The notes beneath the pieces were generated by a model, which saw nothing but the letters and a program-made list of their open reading frames with translations, ran no database searches and was not told the origin of the DNA. This document shows, one piece after another, positions 52,578-64,000 of a stretch of DNA of 64,000 nt (positions are counted from its first letter, which is position 1; the number at the start of each line of letters is the position of its first letter). The DNA comes from Octopus bimaculoides. Lineage: Eukaryota. Both the position numbers and the translations under genes were made by a program. The stretch spans positions 67,792,188 to 67,856,187 of the forward strand of contig NC_068989.1 in assembly GCF_001194135.2 (NCBI RefSeq). The letters are read 5' to 3'.

Positions 52578-54716
52578 TTTAAGTATCTTATTTTCGTACA
52601 AGGCCTTACAACAAGCGAAGACACAGAAATTCAGGCAAGATTCTTTCTAAACTGGAACAAACGAACCAAGATCTAATCTTACAGTCCTTGGCAGAAGATG
52701 CCAAAAGACGGTAAACTTGAAACACGATGTCGAGAAAATTAAAAAAAAAGGATTCCTCAAAAATGCAGATATGCCGACCGGAAAAGTACAACCAAAAAAG
52801 ACCGCCATGTTCTAATCCATGCTATGGATGTGGGGTTATACATTTCAGAAAAGACTGTCCATTTAAAAATCAAAAATGTTACAGTTGCAAAAGGATTAGT
52901 GACAAGAGTTCACACTACAGAAAAAAAAAATTACGAAGGTCAAATGTTAAAAACTCTAGAGTGCTCTCAGCAGAAACAAAAATCGACTCTCAAAAAAATT
53001 CGTACACGTAAAAATAAATGGAATACATATAAAATTTCAATTGGATACTGGAAGTAATATTTCAATAATAAATATGGACACATGGAGGAAAATAGGGAAA
53101 CACATGTTGAGAAAAACAGTGAAATCTGCTCGTAGTGTGACGGGCGACAAATTCCATTTTATAGGCGAAATGTGGGCTAATGTCACGTTTCGAGGGAAAA
53201 TATGCAAAGCAAAAGTCTTCGTAGTGAAAAATACAACCGATCTGTTTGGTACCGATTGGTTAGAATTATTCGATTTATGGGACCTTTCTTAAATCTCTAT
53301 TGTAAAAACGTAAATAGTTGTCCCTTTAAAAATAATTCGTCTGAAGAGTTAAAGAGAAAATCTAAAAAAATGTTTTCGCAAGTACTCTTGGACAAACTAG
53401 ATCTATGTACAAAGGCTGAGAGACCATGGTCCAGAATACATGTTGACTACCCAAGACCAGTGACCAGCGCATACTATTTAATCGTTGTGGATAGCTATAC
53501 AAAGTGACCAGAGGTATGCAGATGTAATAAACCCACAGCAAAGACAACAATTAAGTTACTACTTGAGTTATTTGCTCGATACGGTATTCCAGACACATTA
53601 GTTTCAGATAATGGAACAAAATTCATGGGATATGAATTAAGAAGTTTATGCAAAATACATACCATAATGTACATCCTCCTACCCTACCACCCGAAGGCAG
53701 GCCGAAAGATTTGTCAACATGTTCAAAAGAGCTCTGAGAAAAGCTAGGAACCAGCTAGATAATGACAAGGCACTAACAAAATTTTTGAGAGTATATAGAA
53801 TAACGCCAAATCCAAATACTAACTCAGGAAAGTCACCAGCAAAGTTAATGTTCGCCTGTAAAATAAAATCGATCTTCCATAAATTATTACCAGGAAAAAT
53901 GCATATAAAGGAAAGACAAAAAATACATTTGAAAGAAATACAAAAAATATTACAAAACATTTCGAAGTAGGAGATAAAGTTCATTTAAAAAATTACAAAA
54001 ATGATAAAGAAGGTTGGGAGGATGGCAGTATAATCAAAAGATCAGGTATTTAATTAAAGGCCAACGTTCGAAACATAAGAGACACCTTAACCAGTTAAAG
54101 ATGAGACATACAGAAAAACGAAGGGTAGTACCAATGAAAATCTTGTATGATATGTTTGAAATTCCAGCACCGAGAGATATTGAACTCTGTAGAACTAGCT
54201 TCAGAAAACGAAAACAGACTGAATATCTGGACGTAATTACCAAAACGAAAAAGATATTAAATTCCACTCCCATCCCCACCCTCCAAAAAGAAAAAAAAAC
54301 CAAGAGTGCTTAGTACAAGAATAAAAAGTGCTGTGTGCAACGAACAATACTACCTTAAAATTCGGGCAACAATTACGATACAACAGCTAGAAAAAAAAAA
54401 AGAGAAAGAGGGGGAGGTGCTGGAAAGATAAAAATAATAGAAATTCCACTTTCTCACAGTAGTCGAAATCTCAAAAGGGGAGATGTGATGAGAGTTACGA
54501 TGCCCCTTGATCCGAGTAAAGTATAAATAGTAACGATCGGAATGAGTTCGGACTCGAGTGAAGTTTGTGTTAGTTCGCAGTAAAGTCGGAAGGCGTCGGC
54601 TGGTTGTTTCACAAGTAATATTGATTGTTGGTTCGTAAAGAGATTTGTTAGTTCGTTACATTGTTGTTTCTGTTGTCTGGTTATCTTATTTATTATACGT
54701 AACAAATTACGTTACA
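52578..54716 (+). mobile_element. Gypsy LTR retrotransposon derivative: gag, protease, integrase, PPT and 3' LTR; RT/RNase H missing
   Basis: Gag CYGCGVIHFRKDC; protease LDTGS (53041-53055); integrase RPWSRIHVDY, LVSDNG, QAERFV; polypurine tract 54390-54417. Confidence 0.87.
54418..54716 (+). repeat. Putative 3' LTR of the Gypsy element (~299 bp)
   Basis: TG directly after the PPT; TATAAAT near 54522; ends CGTTACA. No 5' LTR is present to confirm the boundary. Confidence 0.65.
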
Positions 54717-54739
54717 TATAGTTAGGACACTGTGTATAG

Positions 54740-55190
54740 ATATCTGTCGGAAGGATAACCCCCTACGACAAAGAAATAAGAACCCACAGAATGGTGGAAG
54801 CCATAGCCACTCATAATAAAAAGAAGTATTGGTGAAATGTCCCAGTTAATACCTCAATAAAATGTAAACATAATAGACCTGAATGATGATTTGGAATAGA
54901 GAAGAGAAACTGTACAATTGTGGAAATCAGCTGTCCAGCGGATGTTAACATAAAGCTACAGATCAGCGAAAAAGAAAATACCTACGAGAAATTAGCAGTT
55001 ACTCTATCCAGTTTACAAGTTCATGTTTATACCTGTAATTATTGGCGTATTGGCATATGTAACAGAGTGCTTAATACCAATCTTGGCAAATTAGGCTCCT
55101 CAAAACCAGAAAGAAGAAAGCTGATTCGAAGACTGCAGAACCAGTCCTCACTGGTAAAAATCCGTAAAACTTTCCAGAAGTTTATTAAGT
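54740..55190 (+). mobile_element. RLE-type LINE 3' fragment (R4/NeSL-like)
   Basis: KCKHNRP...IVEISCPADVNIKLQISEKENTY (PD-(D/E)xK-type endonuclease). Confidence 0.8.
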
Positions 55191-55590
55191 ATACACGACC
55201 ATGTCTAGATATGCTACTATATGCATGAGAATATATGCATAAAACAAAAACATAAAAATCTGCACATATACATACATTCATACATACATACCCTGTTGAT
55301 GTTGAAATTCCAATGAAGAAGCCTTGGGATCTAGCTTAGAATCCAGCTCTTTCTCTATTGGCAAGAAATCTTGAAATAAAACTGAATAATGGCATATATA
55401 CATACATGTGTGTGTTTGTGTGGTATGTATTGGCATCACAAACAAGTCGGGTATGTAGCCCAAGTAAATGATCCGTGTGGCTTTTATGGTCTTTTCGAAG
55501 GCCATATAGGGGTGGGGGGATTTCATTGTTGGTGGTTATGAAATTATTTGCTGTACGTTTCTCAGACTTTTAAAAGGGAAATTCTAAATA

Positions 55591-55808
55591 CTGATTTCAA
55601 ATTTTGGCACATGACCAGCAATTTCGGGGAAGGGGATAAGTCGATTGTATCGACCCCAGTAATCAACTAGTACTTATTTTATCGGCCCCGAAAGGATAGA
55701 ATGCAAAGTCCACCTTGGTGGAATTCGAACTCAGAACGTAAAAACAGACGAAATGCCGCTAAGTATTTCGTCCGGAGTGCTAACGATTCTGTTAGCCGAA
55801 CCGCCTTA
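55591..55808 (-). mobile_element. SINE family A, full length
   Basis: A/B boxes; TTCTAAATA duplicated on both flanks. Confidence 0.85.
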
Positions 55809-56739
55809 GAGAGTTCTAAATATTAATTCGATTACTTCTATCTACCAAATTAAAGCTCTAAATGGAAAATGAAAAAGAAAAACAAGAAATAACTAAACAT
55901 GTTTGTACTAATGATATAAATAAAGCTGTTACCTACCTTTATCCTCCAAGACAAACAAAAACATTCAAATCGTAGTTTAGTATTTTTTGAGATCAATCTT
56001 TAAATTCAATAAATAATTTCCTTGTTTCTTCTGATGTTTTAAAAAAATTTCCCATAAGAATGAAGATTAGTGTTTTTTTTTCTAACGAAGAGGTTTGTTA
56101 CAGTATGTATCATATAGAGTGAAATCGAATCACTGAATAGAATAGTTAATGAAACCTTATATGAACAGTTGGAGCAGTTTATGAACTAGTTTCTTCACCT
56201 GCAAAGTGGGTTATGCGTATTGTAAGGAGACATGAGAAAATAATGTTTTCAGGACGTAGTGTCCAATGCTTGCAATAGTAATTAGCCTTAGCTATTGAGA
56301 CTATCGACTGTTTAGTGCTTTTCTTTTTTCGCACTCATCTACAAGCCTACTCTACCACTCATNNNNNNNNNNNNNNNNNNNNNNNNNNNNNNNNNNNNNN
56401 NNNNNNNNNNNNNNNNNNNNNNNNNNNNNNNNNNNNNNNNNNNNNNNNNNNNNNNNNNNNNNNNNNNNNNNNNNNNNNNNNNNNNNNNNNNNNNNNNNNN
56501 NNNNNNNNNNNNNNNNNNNNNNNNNNNNNNNNNNNNNNNNNNNNNNNNNNNNNNNNNNNNNNNNNNNNNNNNNNNNNNNNNNNNNNNNNNNNNNNNNNNN
56601 NNNNNNNNNNNNNNNNNNNNNNNNNNNNNNNNNNNNNNNNNNNNNNNNNNNNNNNNNNNNNNNNNNNNNNNNNNNNNNNNNNNNNNNNNNNNNNNNNNNN
56701 NNNNNNNNNAAAAAAAAAAAAAAAAGAAAATCAAATCTA

Positions 56740-58310
56740 TGGACAAACAGCAACAATCCTCATTCTCACCAGCTATAGAGAGGAAAACAATAAAACCAAC
56801 GAAAATAAATACATCCGAAACAGACTCTGCGTCGCCAGTATTACCACAAACACCTGAAACACTACCTCAGCCAACACCACCAAAAGCACAACCCATTTCA
56901 CACACACAACCACAGCAACGACAATCAAAACTACAACCACAACAACAACCACAACAACAGCAACGACAATCAAAACTACAACCACAACAACAACCACAAC
57001 AACAGCAACAACAACAACAACAGCAGCAACAAACACAAAGTAAAGAGACTAGCATTACAAACTACATGGCAATAAGCAGAGAAACAATGAATTGATGAAG
57101 TACATAATAACACAAACAACACAAGAAGATTTTGTCACCCAAAGTCTCCCTACTTGCACACACACAAATCGTTCAAACAACACATAACACAAACACGCCC
57201 CCCCCCACACACACTTGAAAAAACTCGATTCACACACGGAGACTTTCGAGGGAATATCACCAAGAGAATTCTTGATGATTTCCTGCTGGAAACACCCCAA
57301 GCCAACAGGAGGGTCGGACAAACTGCCCCTCCAAACAAAACCTATTCTTTTTCCAACAACATGGTCATGCAGAGAATAAGCAGCGTGAATGAACGTGGCC
57401 TGGGTCATCTGCTCAACGACCTCAGGGCACCGAATATCGATGTGCTGGCCATTAGTAAAACCAGAATTTCCGAATCACGGGACTTCCAACCCATGAGTGG
57501 GGCCCTGATCAGTTTGGATCAATCGAAAGTTTTTGATAGGGTCGACCACCAATACTTGGAGGCTGTTCTGGCGGCAGCGGGTTTCGGTCCCGTTTTCAGA
57601 GGCTGGATCGCTGCACTGTACAGTGACATATGTTCATTGGTCGTTTAACATCGCTCGTTCGGTCCCTCAAGGATGCCGATGTCGTCTCCTCTCTAAAATG
57701 CTGGCTCTCGAGCCATTACTGCGGAAGCTGGATGTTTCGAGGGGCATCCCGCGTGATCTAGGATGCGCTAATTTCGTGTCGGCTTACACGGACGACGTTA
57801 CCGTAATAGAATCGGACATCTCGGAAATCGAAGTGGTCGGCACTGCTACAAAGGATTACGAAGTGATGACACGAGCAAAGATCATCCAGAAGTCGGTGGG
57901 TCTGCAGCTCAGCACTTGGAAAGTAGGTCCATGCCAACCAACATCGTTCTAGAGTGCTGGACGGAAGGACTGGTTAAATTGCTTGGGGGTCTGGTTTGCT
58001 CCAGACCTCCAGGTGGACAAGAACTGGGGGCAGGGGACGAGTAAGGTAGCCAATCTCTGTCAGACTGAAAACAGACACTTTACTCTTCAGCCATGCCCTC
58101 ATTGACTTTTTCAGGTGCCCTTTGAAAAGGAAAGTGAGGGTAGAGAGGGAAGTACTGCCCCCCAGTAATTTTGTTGGCAGGTTGGTGAATGATGCGAAAA
58201 CGGCTCGTGTGAAGGGGACTATTCTGAATATCAGTCTGTAAGCTGGAAGAGGGGTGCCTACCTGGCGTGCCCTTGACAGTCGCAGTGACTAGGATGTGTT
58301 GACTAAGCTA
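56740..58310 (+). mobile_element. Tx1-like LINE with two large internal deletions
   Basis: Q-rich ORF1 end. The APE start (SVNERGL...DVLAISKTR) is fused in frame at ~57495 to RT GALISLDQSKVFDRVDH. VSAYTDDVTV follows, then a second jump at ~58055 to the C-terminal HALIDFFRCPLKRKVRVE. Confidence 0.85.
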
Positions 58311-58311
58311 A

Positions 58312-58745
58312 TGTTACTTTTTTTATTCATTTTATTCTTTTATTCTTTTAGTTGGTCCAGTTATCGGATTGCGGCCTTGCTGGGATACGGCCTTACTTTA
58401 TTTTAAAGTCTGATACTTATTCTATTGGTCTATTTTGTCGAACTTTACAGGGATGTGAACAAATCAAAACTAGTTGCGAAGCGATGGCGAGACAGACACA
58501 AAGTCACACACGCGCATACATACATGCATGCATACATACATACATACATACATAAACATACACATACTATATATGTATATAAAATATGCGAAGGCCTTCC
58601 ATATAGTTTCTATCTAACAAACTCACTTACAAAGCATTGGTCGGCCCTAGGCTACAGAAGGTACTTACCTAATGTGCCGTGCAGTAGGAACGAACCTCAA
58701 ACCACATAGCTGTGAAGAGAAGTTCTTAAACCCACAGCCATTCAC
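58312..58745 (-). mobile_element. SINE family B, full length, diverged
   Basis: Similar to 14305-14720 (attggtcggccctaggcta, gtgccgtgcagtaggaacgaacc). Confidence 0.8.
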
Positions 58746-59309
58746 CTATTGCTAATGTCCTATTGAAAGTTCCTTTTCGTTGAACTCAGGAAGTTTACGC
58801 TACACCTAACATATACCAAGCGAAGATGTTATCCCCAAGTATTTACACAAATTTGTTAAATTGGGTCAATTGCTTCATTCAATTTGTTCTATGATGGGAA
58901 CCGCTTCTGACCTACTTTTATTTGGTGACTATCCTTCGTTTATTTTTGCACATATAGGTCATATACCCGAAATGTTCAGAGCATAAAGTTAACATTGACT
59001 TTAGCTTCCCCTACATCTCTTATGAAAGCAATAACAACTGTGAATTCATCACTATTGTTACCTGATGATAATATTAAGAACAAATACTTATTTGTTCTCA
59101 TACAAATTCATTGTTTTTATATTGATTACCTCTTTAGAAGTTATTTAATGATTCTGTCGACAGTATTCTCTATTATTATTTTGTTTAGAATTAGTTGTCA
59201 GCCAGTTTTAAATAACCAGACTGCAAGAAACTTAACAAGACATCCGTCTAGTACTCCACTACACCGTTTAACGGTACAGGCTTGACTATCTGTCAGTCCT
59301 GTTGTAAAG

Positions 59310-60140
59310 CAAACTGACTATGAACCTGGTTGAATACTGCTCCTGTTAAAGTCTCATATTCCTTTACAATGGTGCCGACTGCTTCAGTCTCAGTGGTACT
59401 CGATACCATCAAGGGGATGTCATCCGCATATGCCAACACAGCTCCTCCTCATCTAAGTCCGATAAGAATGTCTCTCAGCAACTTCCTTGACGAACCGAGC
59501 ACGTGATCCGGAATGGTTCCAATAGGTAGCCATTTACTCTGACTACCGAGCAAATGCTACTGTACATTGAAAATATCCAGTCCTCGAAAAGGAGACTGAA
59601 ACTGATTGGCTTTGGGACAGCTACCAAGTAGGAATGGCAGCCCTATCCAAAGCTTTCGATCGATCCAAGTAGATCAGAGCCCCACTAAAGTCAGGTTTAC
59701 TACCTGCTCTGTCTAAGGTCTATCGTATAAGCTGGAAGTCGATGTGAATAGATCGGGTCTGCATTGCGCTCGTCTTCGTTTTCTTGTTAACCTCTTTCCT
59801 AGTATCTAAACCTAATTATTAAATAATGTATTTAATAAAACTATGAACTGGAAATCATCAATTACGTCCTCACTGCTCAAGTCGTTCCTCAGCAGCACCG
59901 ACACTCTTCTCTCAAAGGACTGGGTATACTTCTGTTCCTCTACCAGCTGTAACAGACGTTTGCAAGACGTCGGTGAACAAGTCTGACATATATGCGTAAA
60001 ACTTATAGTACAGACATACTAACTTGACAATCCTTCATACAATCCTTCATCGCGTCCCATATCTCTACAGTTATCGGCTTTTCACACCCTCCACATCTTC
60101 TGTTGACAGTCGAGGTTGACAGTGAAGTCCATATCACCCT
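59310..60140 (-). mobile_element. Decayed Tx1-like RT fragment
   Basis: ALIYLDRSKALDR, AVLAYADDIPLMVS, TIVKEYETLTG. Confidence 0.75.
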
Positions 60141-60514
60141 AAACGCAAAAAACAGTTGAAAGAATCGTCACTGAAAAATCGCACACATCTTAGAATCGAG
60201 TATCATGAACCTATTCTGGTTAATCAAACACTGAATTTTGGCATGATTGTCAATTTGGGTTTCTGCCACGCGGACTCACCCACCGAATATCAGGGCACTA
60301 ACTGGTACAGAATAGCAAAACGATTTGGCATCTACACCGGTGGCATTAGTGTAAAAAGAAATAAGGATGATTAAAGATTCTTTGCGTTAAAATTCCTGTG
60401 AATGTGTTTATAGTGATGTATGTTGAAACGAAGGTCTTCAATATAGGACGAGAGTCAAAAAGCTCCTTGCGATTAAAGACGTTTGGAGAATAATAATAAT
60501 AAAATTAAGCAGTG

Positions 60515-60640
60515 ATTTATTCTTTTATTCTTTTAATTGTTTCAGTCATTTGAGTGCAGTCGAGCAAATCGACCTCAGGACTTATTTTCTGTAAGTCTAG
60601 TACTTATTCTATCGGTCTCTTTTACCGAACCGCTAAGTTA
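60515..60640 (-). mobile_element. 3' tail of SINE family B, fused to RTE sequence
   Basis: GTAACTTAGCGGTTCGGTAAAAGAGACCGATAGAATAAG...GACTGAAACAATTAAAAGAATAAAAGAA. Confidence 0.85.
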
Positions 60641-62125
60641 CTTGCAATACTCAGGAGTGAGATGCCCCGATAGTTGTTGCAACCCTATCGGTCTCCCTTC
60701 TTGTAGATGGTAATGATAGTTGAATCGCGGAAGTCGTTCGGGGGTGGGGGTCTTGCTTTCCCAGATCTTGAGGATAAAGAGCATCAAATGGTTTCTTAGC
60801 TCTGGACCTTCGTGCATGAAAAACTCAAACGGGATGTTGTCTGGTCCTGGAGCTTTCCCCGATTTCATGCGCGCAAGTGCCCTGTTGAACTCATGGCATA
60901 AGGGCGGTAGGGATAATCAATGATGGATGGGGAGCTGTGGGGTGTTTTGGAGGAGATCGTAAGAAGTGCGTAAGTCTCGTTAAGTAGGCGCTCGAAATCG
61001 GACTTCCAGCGATCGAGGATTCCCTGGGTACCGGTTATCGTAGAGCCAACTGCGTTCTTCAGGCTGCCCACTGATGACCTTGTGGAACCGAAGATTTCCT
61101 TGGTTGCGGCATAAAAGCTGCGCAAGTCTCGTTGGTCGACATAGTTTTGCGTCTCCATGACCAACTCCATAGATGCGTGGTTCATTAGGATTCTTCCCCT
61201 TCCAAAAGATGTATTTGGAGCCAACTTCTCTAATGCTGCCTTCTCCGGGAAGCCTAGTCTCTCTCAAAGCTGCCACATCGATGTTAAGCGGGTAAGTTTC
61301 TTGCAGACGAGGGCTGTACTTCGCTCTGGTCGATTAACGTCACTTTTGTCATGGAGAGTGCGAATATTCCAGTTCCCGAAGGTGAGAGGTTGTGAAACAG
61401 AGGATTTAGTAGAGTTGTGACCGTTAAGTGGGAGGTCCGCTAGCCGTAGTATGCTGGCCAGATTGAGCTGCCGTGTCCGATGTTTACTCCACCTTTTCTA
61501 GGGACTCCCTCTTGAGGGGTAGGCTGCGGTAATCGTAAAGAGGCCAGCCCAGTCACGAGTCTAGGTGCCGAATTCCAATGTCACGGCTATTCATTGGAGA
61601 GCGAGCATCTGAGACTCGCCGCCCACGTGTGGTCACGGACTAGAGGCTTCCAGCTTTCCAGACCTGCCTCCGATGCCCACGATACCATCGACATTGGGCT
61701 TTTTGAGACATATTAGAAAGACGAAGCCATTCGCTGAGTAAATTATTTGAGGTGTTCGTGGACGCGCGACGGCCACGTGCACGCACTTGGCCAGGAACTT
61801 CTCCACTGCGGTTCAAGAATTGAGACGTGTAGTCTTGATGAGGCTGGTTGCAACAAGCTGCCGGAGTCTATCCGCCTTTTTCACGCCTGCCCGTCAGCGC
61901 GTTGCCCTCTTCCACCGGAATCAATCCTTGGGGGCTTGAGACAACCCTCCTCCGCTTGCTCCGCCGTTGGGGTCTTGATGTTGTTGTTTAGTCGTGTTTA
62001 GTCTGGGACCTCATCCCTGATGTTGCCGCCATTGGTAGCCCTACCAGGAGTCCAAGACTCCAGACGGTATCACAGAATCATTGGAACACACAAGCTGTTC
62101 TACCAATTGGCGTAGTTGTTTGCGA
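60638..62125 (-). mobile_element. RTE-clade LINE 5' part (probable 5' UTR, APE start, internal deletion, RT start)
   Basis: WNIRTL..., DVAALRETRLPGEGSIREVG...RIYGVG; jump at ~61165 to METQNYVDQRDLRSFY; MKSGKAPGPDNIP; NYRGISLLSIA. Confidence 0.83.
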
Positions 62126-62175
62126 GAGGAAATGTTTCAATACAATACCATGATATTGTATTGAAACATTTCCTC
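62126..62175. repeat. Perfect 22-bp inverted repeat with 6-nt loop
   Basis: GAGGAAATGTTTCAATACAATA-ccatga-TATTGTATTGAAACATTTCCTC. Confidence 0.95.
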
Positions 62176-63634
62176 AAATTTGTGTTGAATTAGTCATTAT
62201 TTTCTTCAGTCAATAAATATTAATTGAGTGTCATGGTGGTTCTTTTAGACCAGCTCCAATGCCAGTTATTTGTAACAAGAGGTATAAAGTCAAATGAATT
62301 AATCCAGAGGACAGGATCAATAATAGCTAAAGTTGCTATTGAGGCCCACACTGATTGAATGTATTATCGGATATCTCCATGCTGCAGTACCAGTGTAATA
62401 AAATTTGTCGCTTACTGTAAAAATAAAAAAAAAAGAGAGAGGTGAGCAAAGTGAGGCTTAAAAACATAAATATTGAGGCAATAGAAATACCTCTACCAGC
62501 GTTCTTTTGTCTCAGTCATTTTCACTGACAAATCGACAAATCACTTTCTGAAACAAGTTGTTTGGTCAAAGAAGAGTGTTAATAATGTTTTGTATGAAAA
62601 GAAGATGAGTTTTAATCGAATGATTCAAACCGGAATAGCTATGGTATTTAGTTTTGATCTCGGAGACCGGAAAAAAGCTAAGTTGAACGTTTAAAAGTTG
62701 TTGAGATTTAAGCATAAAATATCCCGGCACTGGTCTAGATAACATACTGTGTCGTTTCCTGCAAAGGCTTTGCAAAATTTCTACAAAAATATGACAAACT
62801 ATTCGCTCGAAGGTCGTGGTGAATTAACGTTATTGTTTTCTTCTACCTTGGTATTCTCCGCCCTTAACTTTATATTTTTCATTAAGTATGTACAATAGTT
62901 TTGTGAAATTAATTCAAGAAATGACCTCCTCTTATTTCTTTAAAAAATGATAACAATTACCACTCGGAATTTTGTGTACTCTTTCTCCGATTATGAAAGG
63001 TATTTCAATTCATAGAGTGTGTGCATTATTCAGTAAGGCATCACTGGAGTTTTCTAAATCAAGGTATAACCCTGTTTGAGTTATTTCCCTTGACTCGTTT
63101 TACTTTTTTAATTATACACTCATTTGACATTTGACAATATCAAGACACAGTCAATACACATGTCTTTGAGGAAACACAGTGTCAACATTATATTTTCCTT
63201 ATAAAGAACCCATATTTAAATTCACTAACACATTGTGCTCACTTATTAACTAACCGCATTTTGTGTTCTCTTTCATTGCCTTATACTGTAACTATAACAG
63301 TCTCTGCTTCTCTGAACAAGTGTACTGATTTTAGTTACTTTTGATGTCCTTACTATATCATCCCACACAAATCCTTCACAAATTATTTCCCTAGAATCGT
63401 CATCTCCCACTGATTAACACTAACGCACACTTTTTCTGAAGGCACACCTTTCCTATCTATAGAATTTCAAGGTAAACGCCAACTTCATTAAACGACTATA
63501 CCAGTGTGGCAAAGCCTGAACACGTTATAAGTATTATCTTTCTTCAATGAACAATGCAAATTACAAATATGATGAAGTTATCTGGCTCTATCTATAATCG
63601 AATACTTTCTCTAAATAACATAAGTGACCCTAAC

Positions 63635-64000
63635 AAATTATTATTATTATTATTCAGTAGTTTTATTTTTATAACGTGCTTTCACTTCACTACCGAGCGC
63701 AGCTCTGTGCGCCTTGGGTACGTGCTGTGGTTTGCTGTGGTGCTCTTATGTTTACTGTATTGAAAGTGTTTTGCGTAGAATGTGTGCAGTACCCAGTAGT
63801 GCAATTTTCTGTATGTTATATATATTTGTAAGTCCTGGTGTTTTTGTTATGTATTTGTCTGAATATTTTTTTATTATACCTAAGGCACCTACTATGATAG
63901 GAATTGTTTCTGTTTTTAGATTCCACATTCGAGTTATCTCTATTTCCAGGTCTTTGTATTTTGAAAGTTTTTCCATTTCTTTTAGAGAAACGTTATCATC
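63635..64000 (-). mobile_element. R4/Dong-like LINE 3' end with (TAA)n tail, runs off the window
   Basis: EKLSKYKDLEIEITRMW...IPIIVGALG...QKIALLGTAHILRK*, short 3' UTR, (TAA)n. Confidence 0.88.

Larger units (their letters stand above)
2901..56709. other. Ten assembly gaps: 2901-3195, 5181-5512, 16350-16818, 19014-19023, 25426-25581, 27366-27609, 28281-29009, 36709-37016, 42577-43060, 56363-56709
   Basis: N runs read directly; most abut (TA)n or (CA)n tracts. Confidence 0.97.

Noticed and set aside
2838-56857. ORFs containing X runs
   Set aside because: They are open only because they cross N gaps.
56739-57095. Poly-Q host gene
   Set aside because: It lies directly upstream of a Tx1 endonuclease start on the same strand and is best read as LINE ORF1.

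Overview
AT-rich eukaryotic genomic DNA from a fragmented draft assembly with 10 N-gaps, most abutting microsatellites. The repeat families and microsatellite load suggest a coleoid cephalopod (Octopus); this is inference, not a database match. The window is mostly transposable-element remains: two tRNA-derived SINE families (about 20 copies); Tx1/L1-, RTE-, CR1-, R4/Dong- and CRE-like LINE fragments; Penelope-like elements (PLEs) with hammerhead-like motifs; an RT-less Gypsy derivative; mariner and hAT elements; and a non-autonomous Helitron. The only recognisable host gene is an intronless GT31 (beta-1,3-galactosyltransferase-like) frame on the minus strand (43519-44898). It has an in-frame TAA, a degenerate DxD motif and two unusual C-terminal hydrophobic segments. 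Most other ORFs in the track are microsatellite, gap or antisense-TE artefacts. No CRISPR array, rRNA or genuine tRNA gene was found. The best leads are minimal PLE hammerhead variants, a dimeric SINE that moved as one unit, LINE-LINE and LINE-SINE chimeric junctions, and the atypical GT31 locus. Element boundaries are approximate unless a TSD or TIR is cited.
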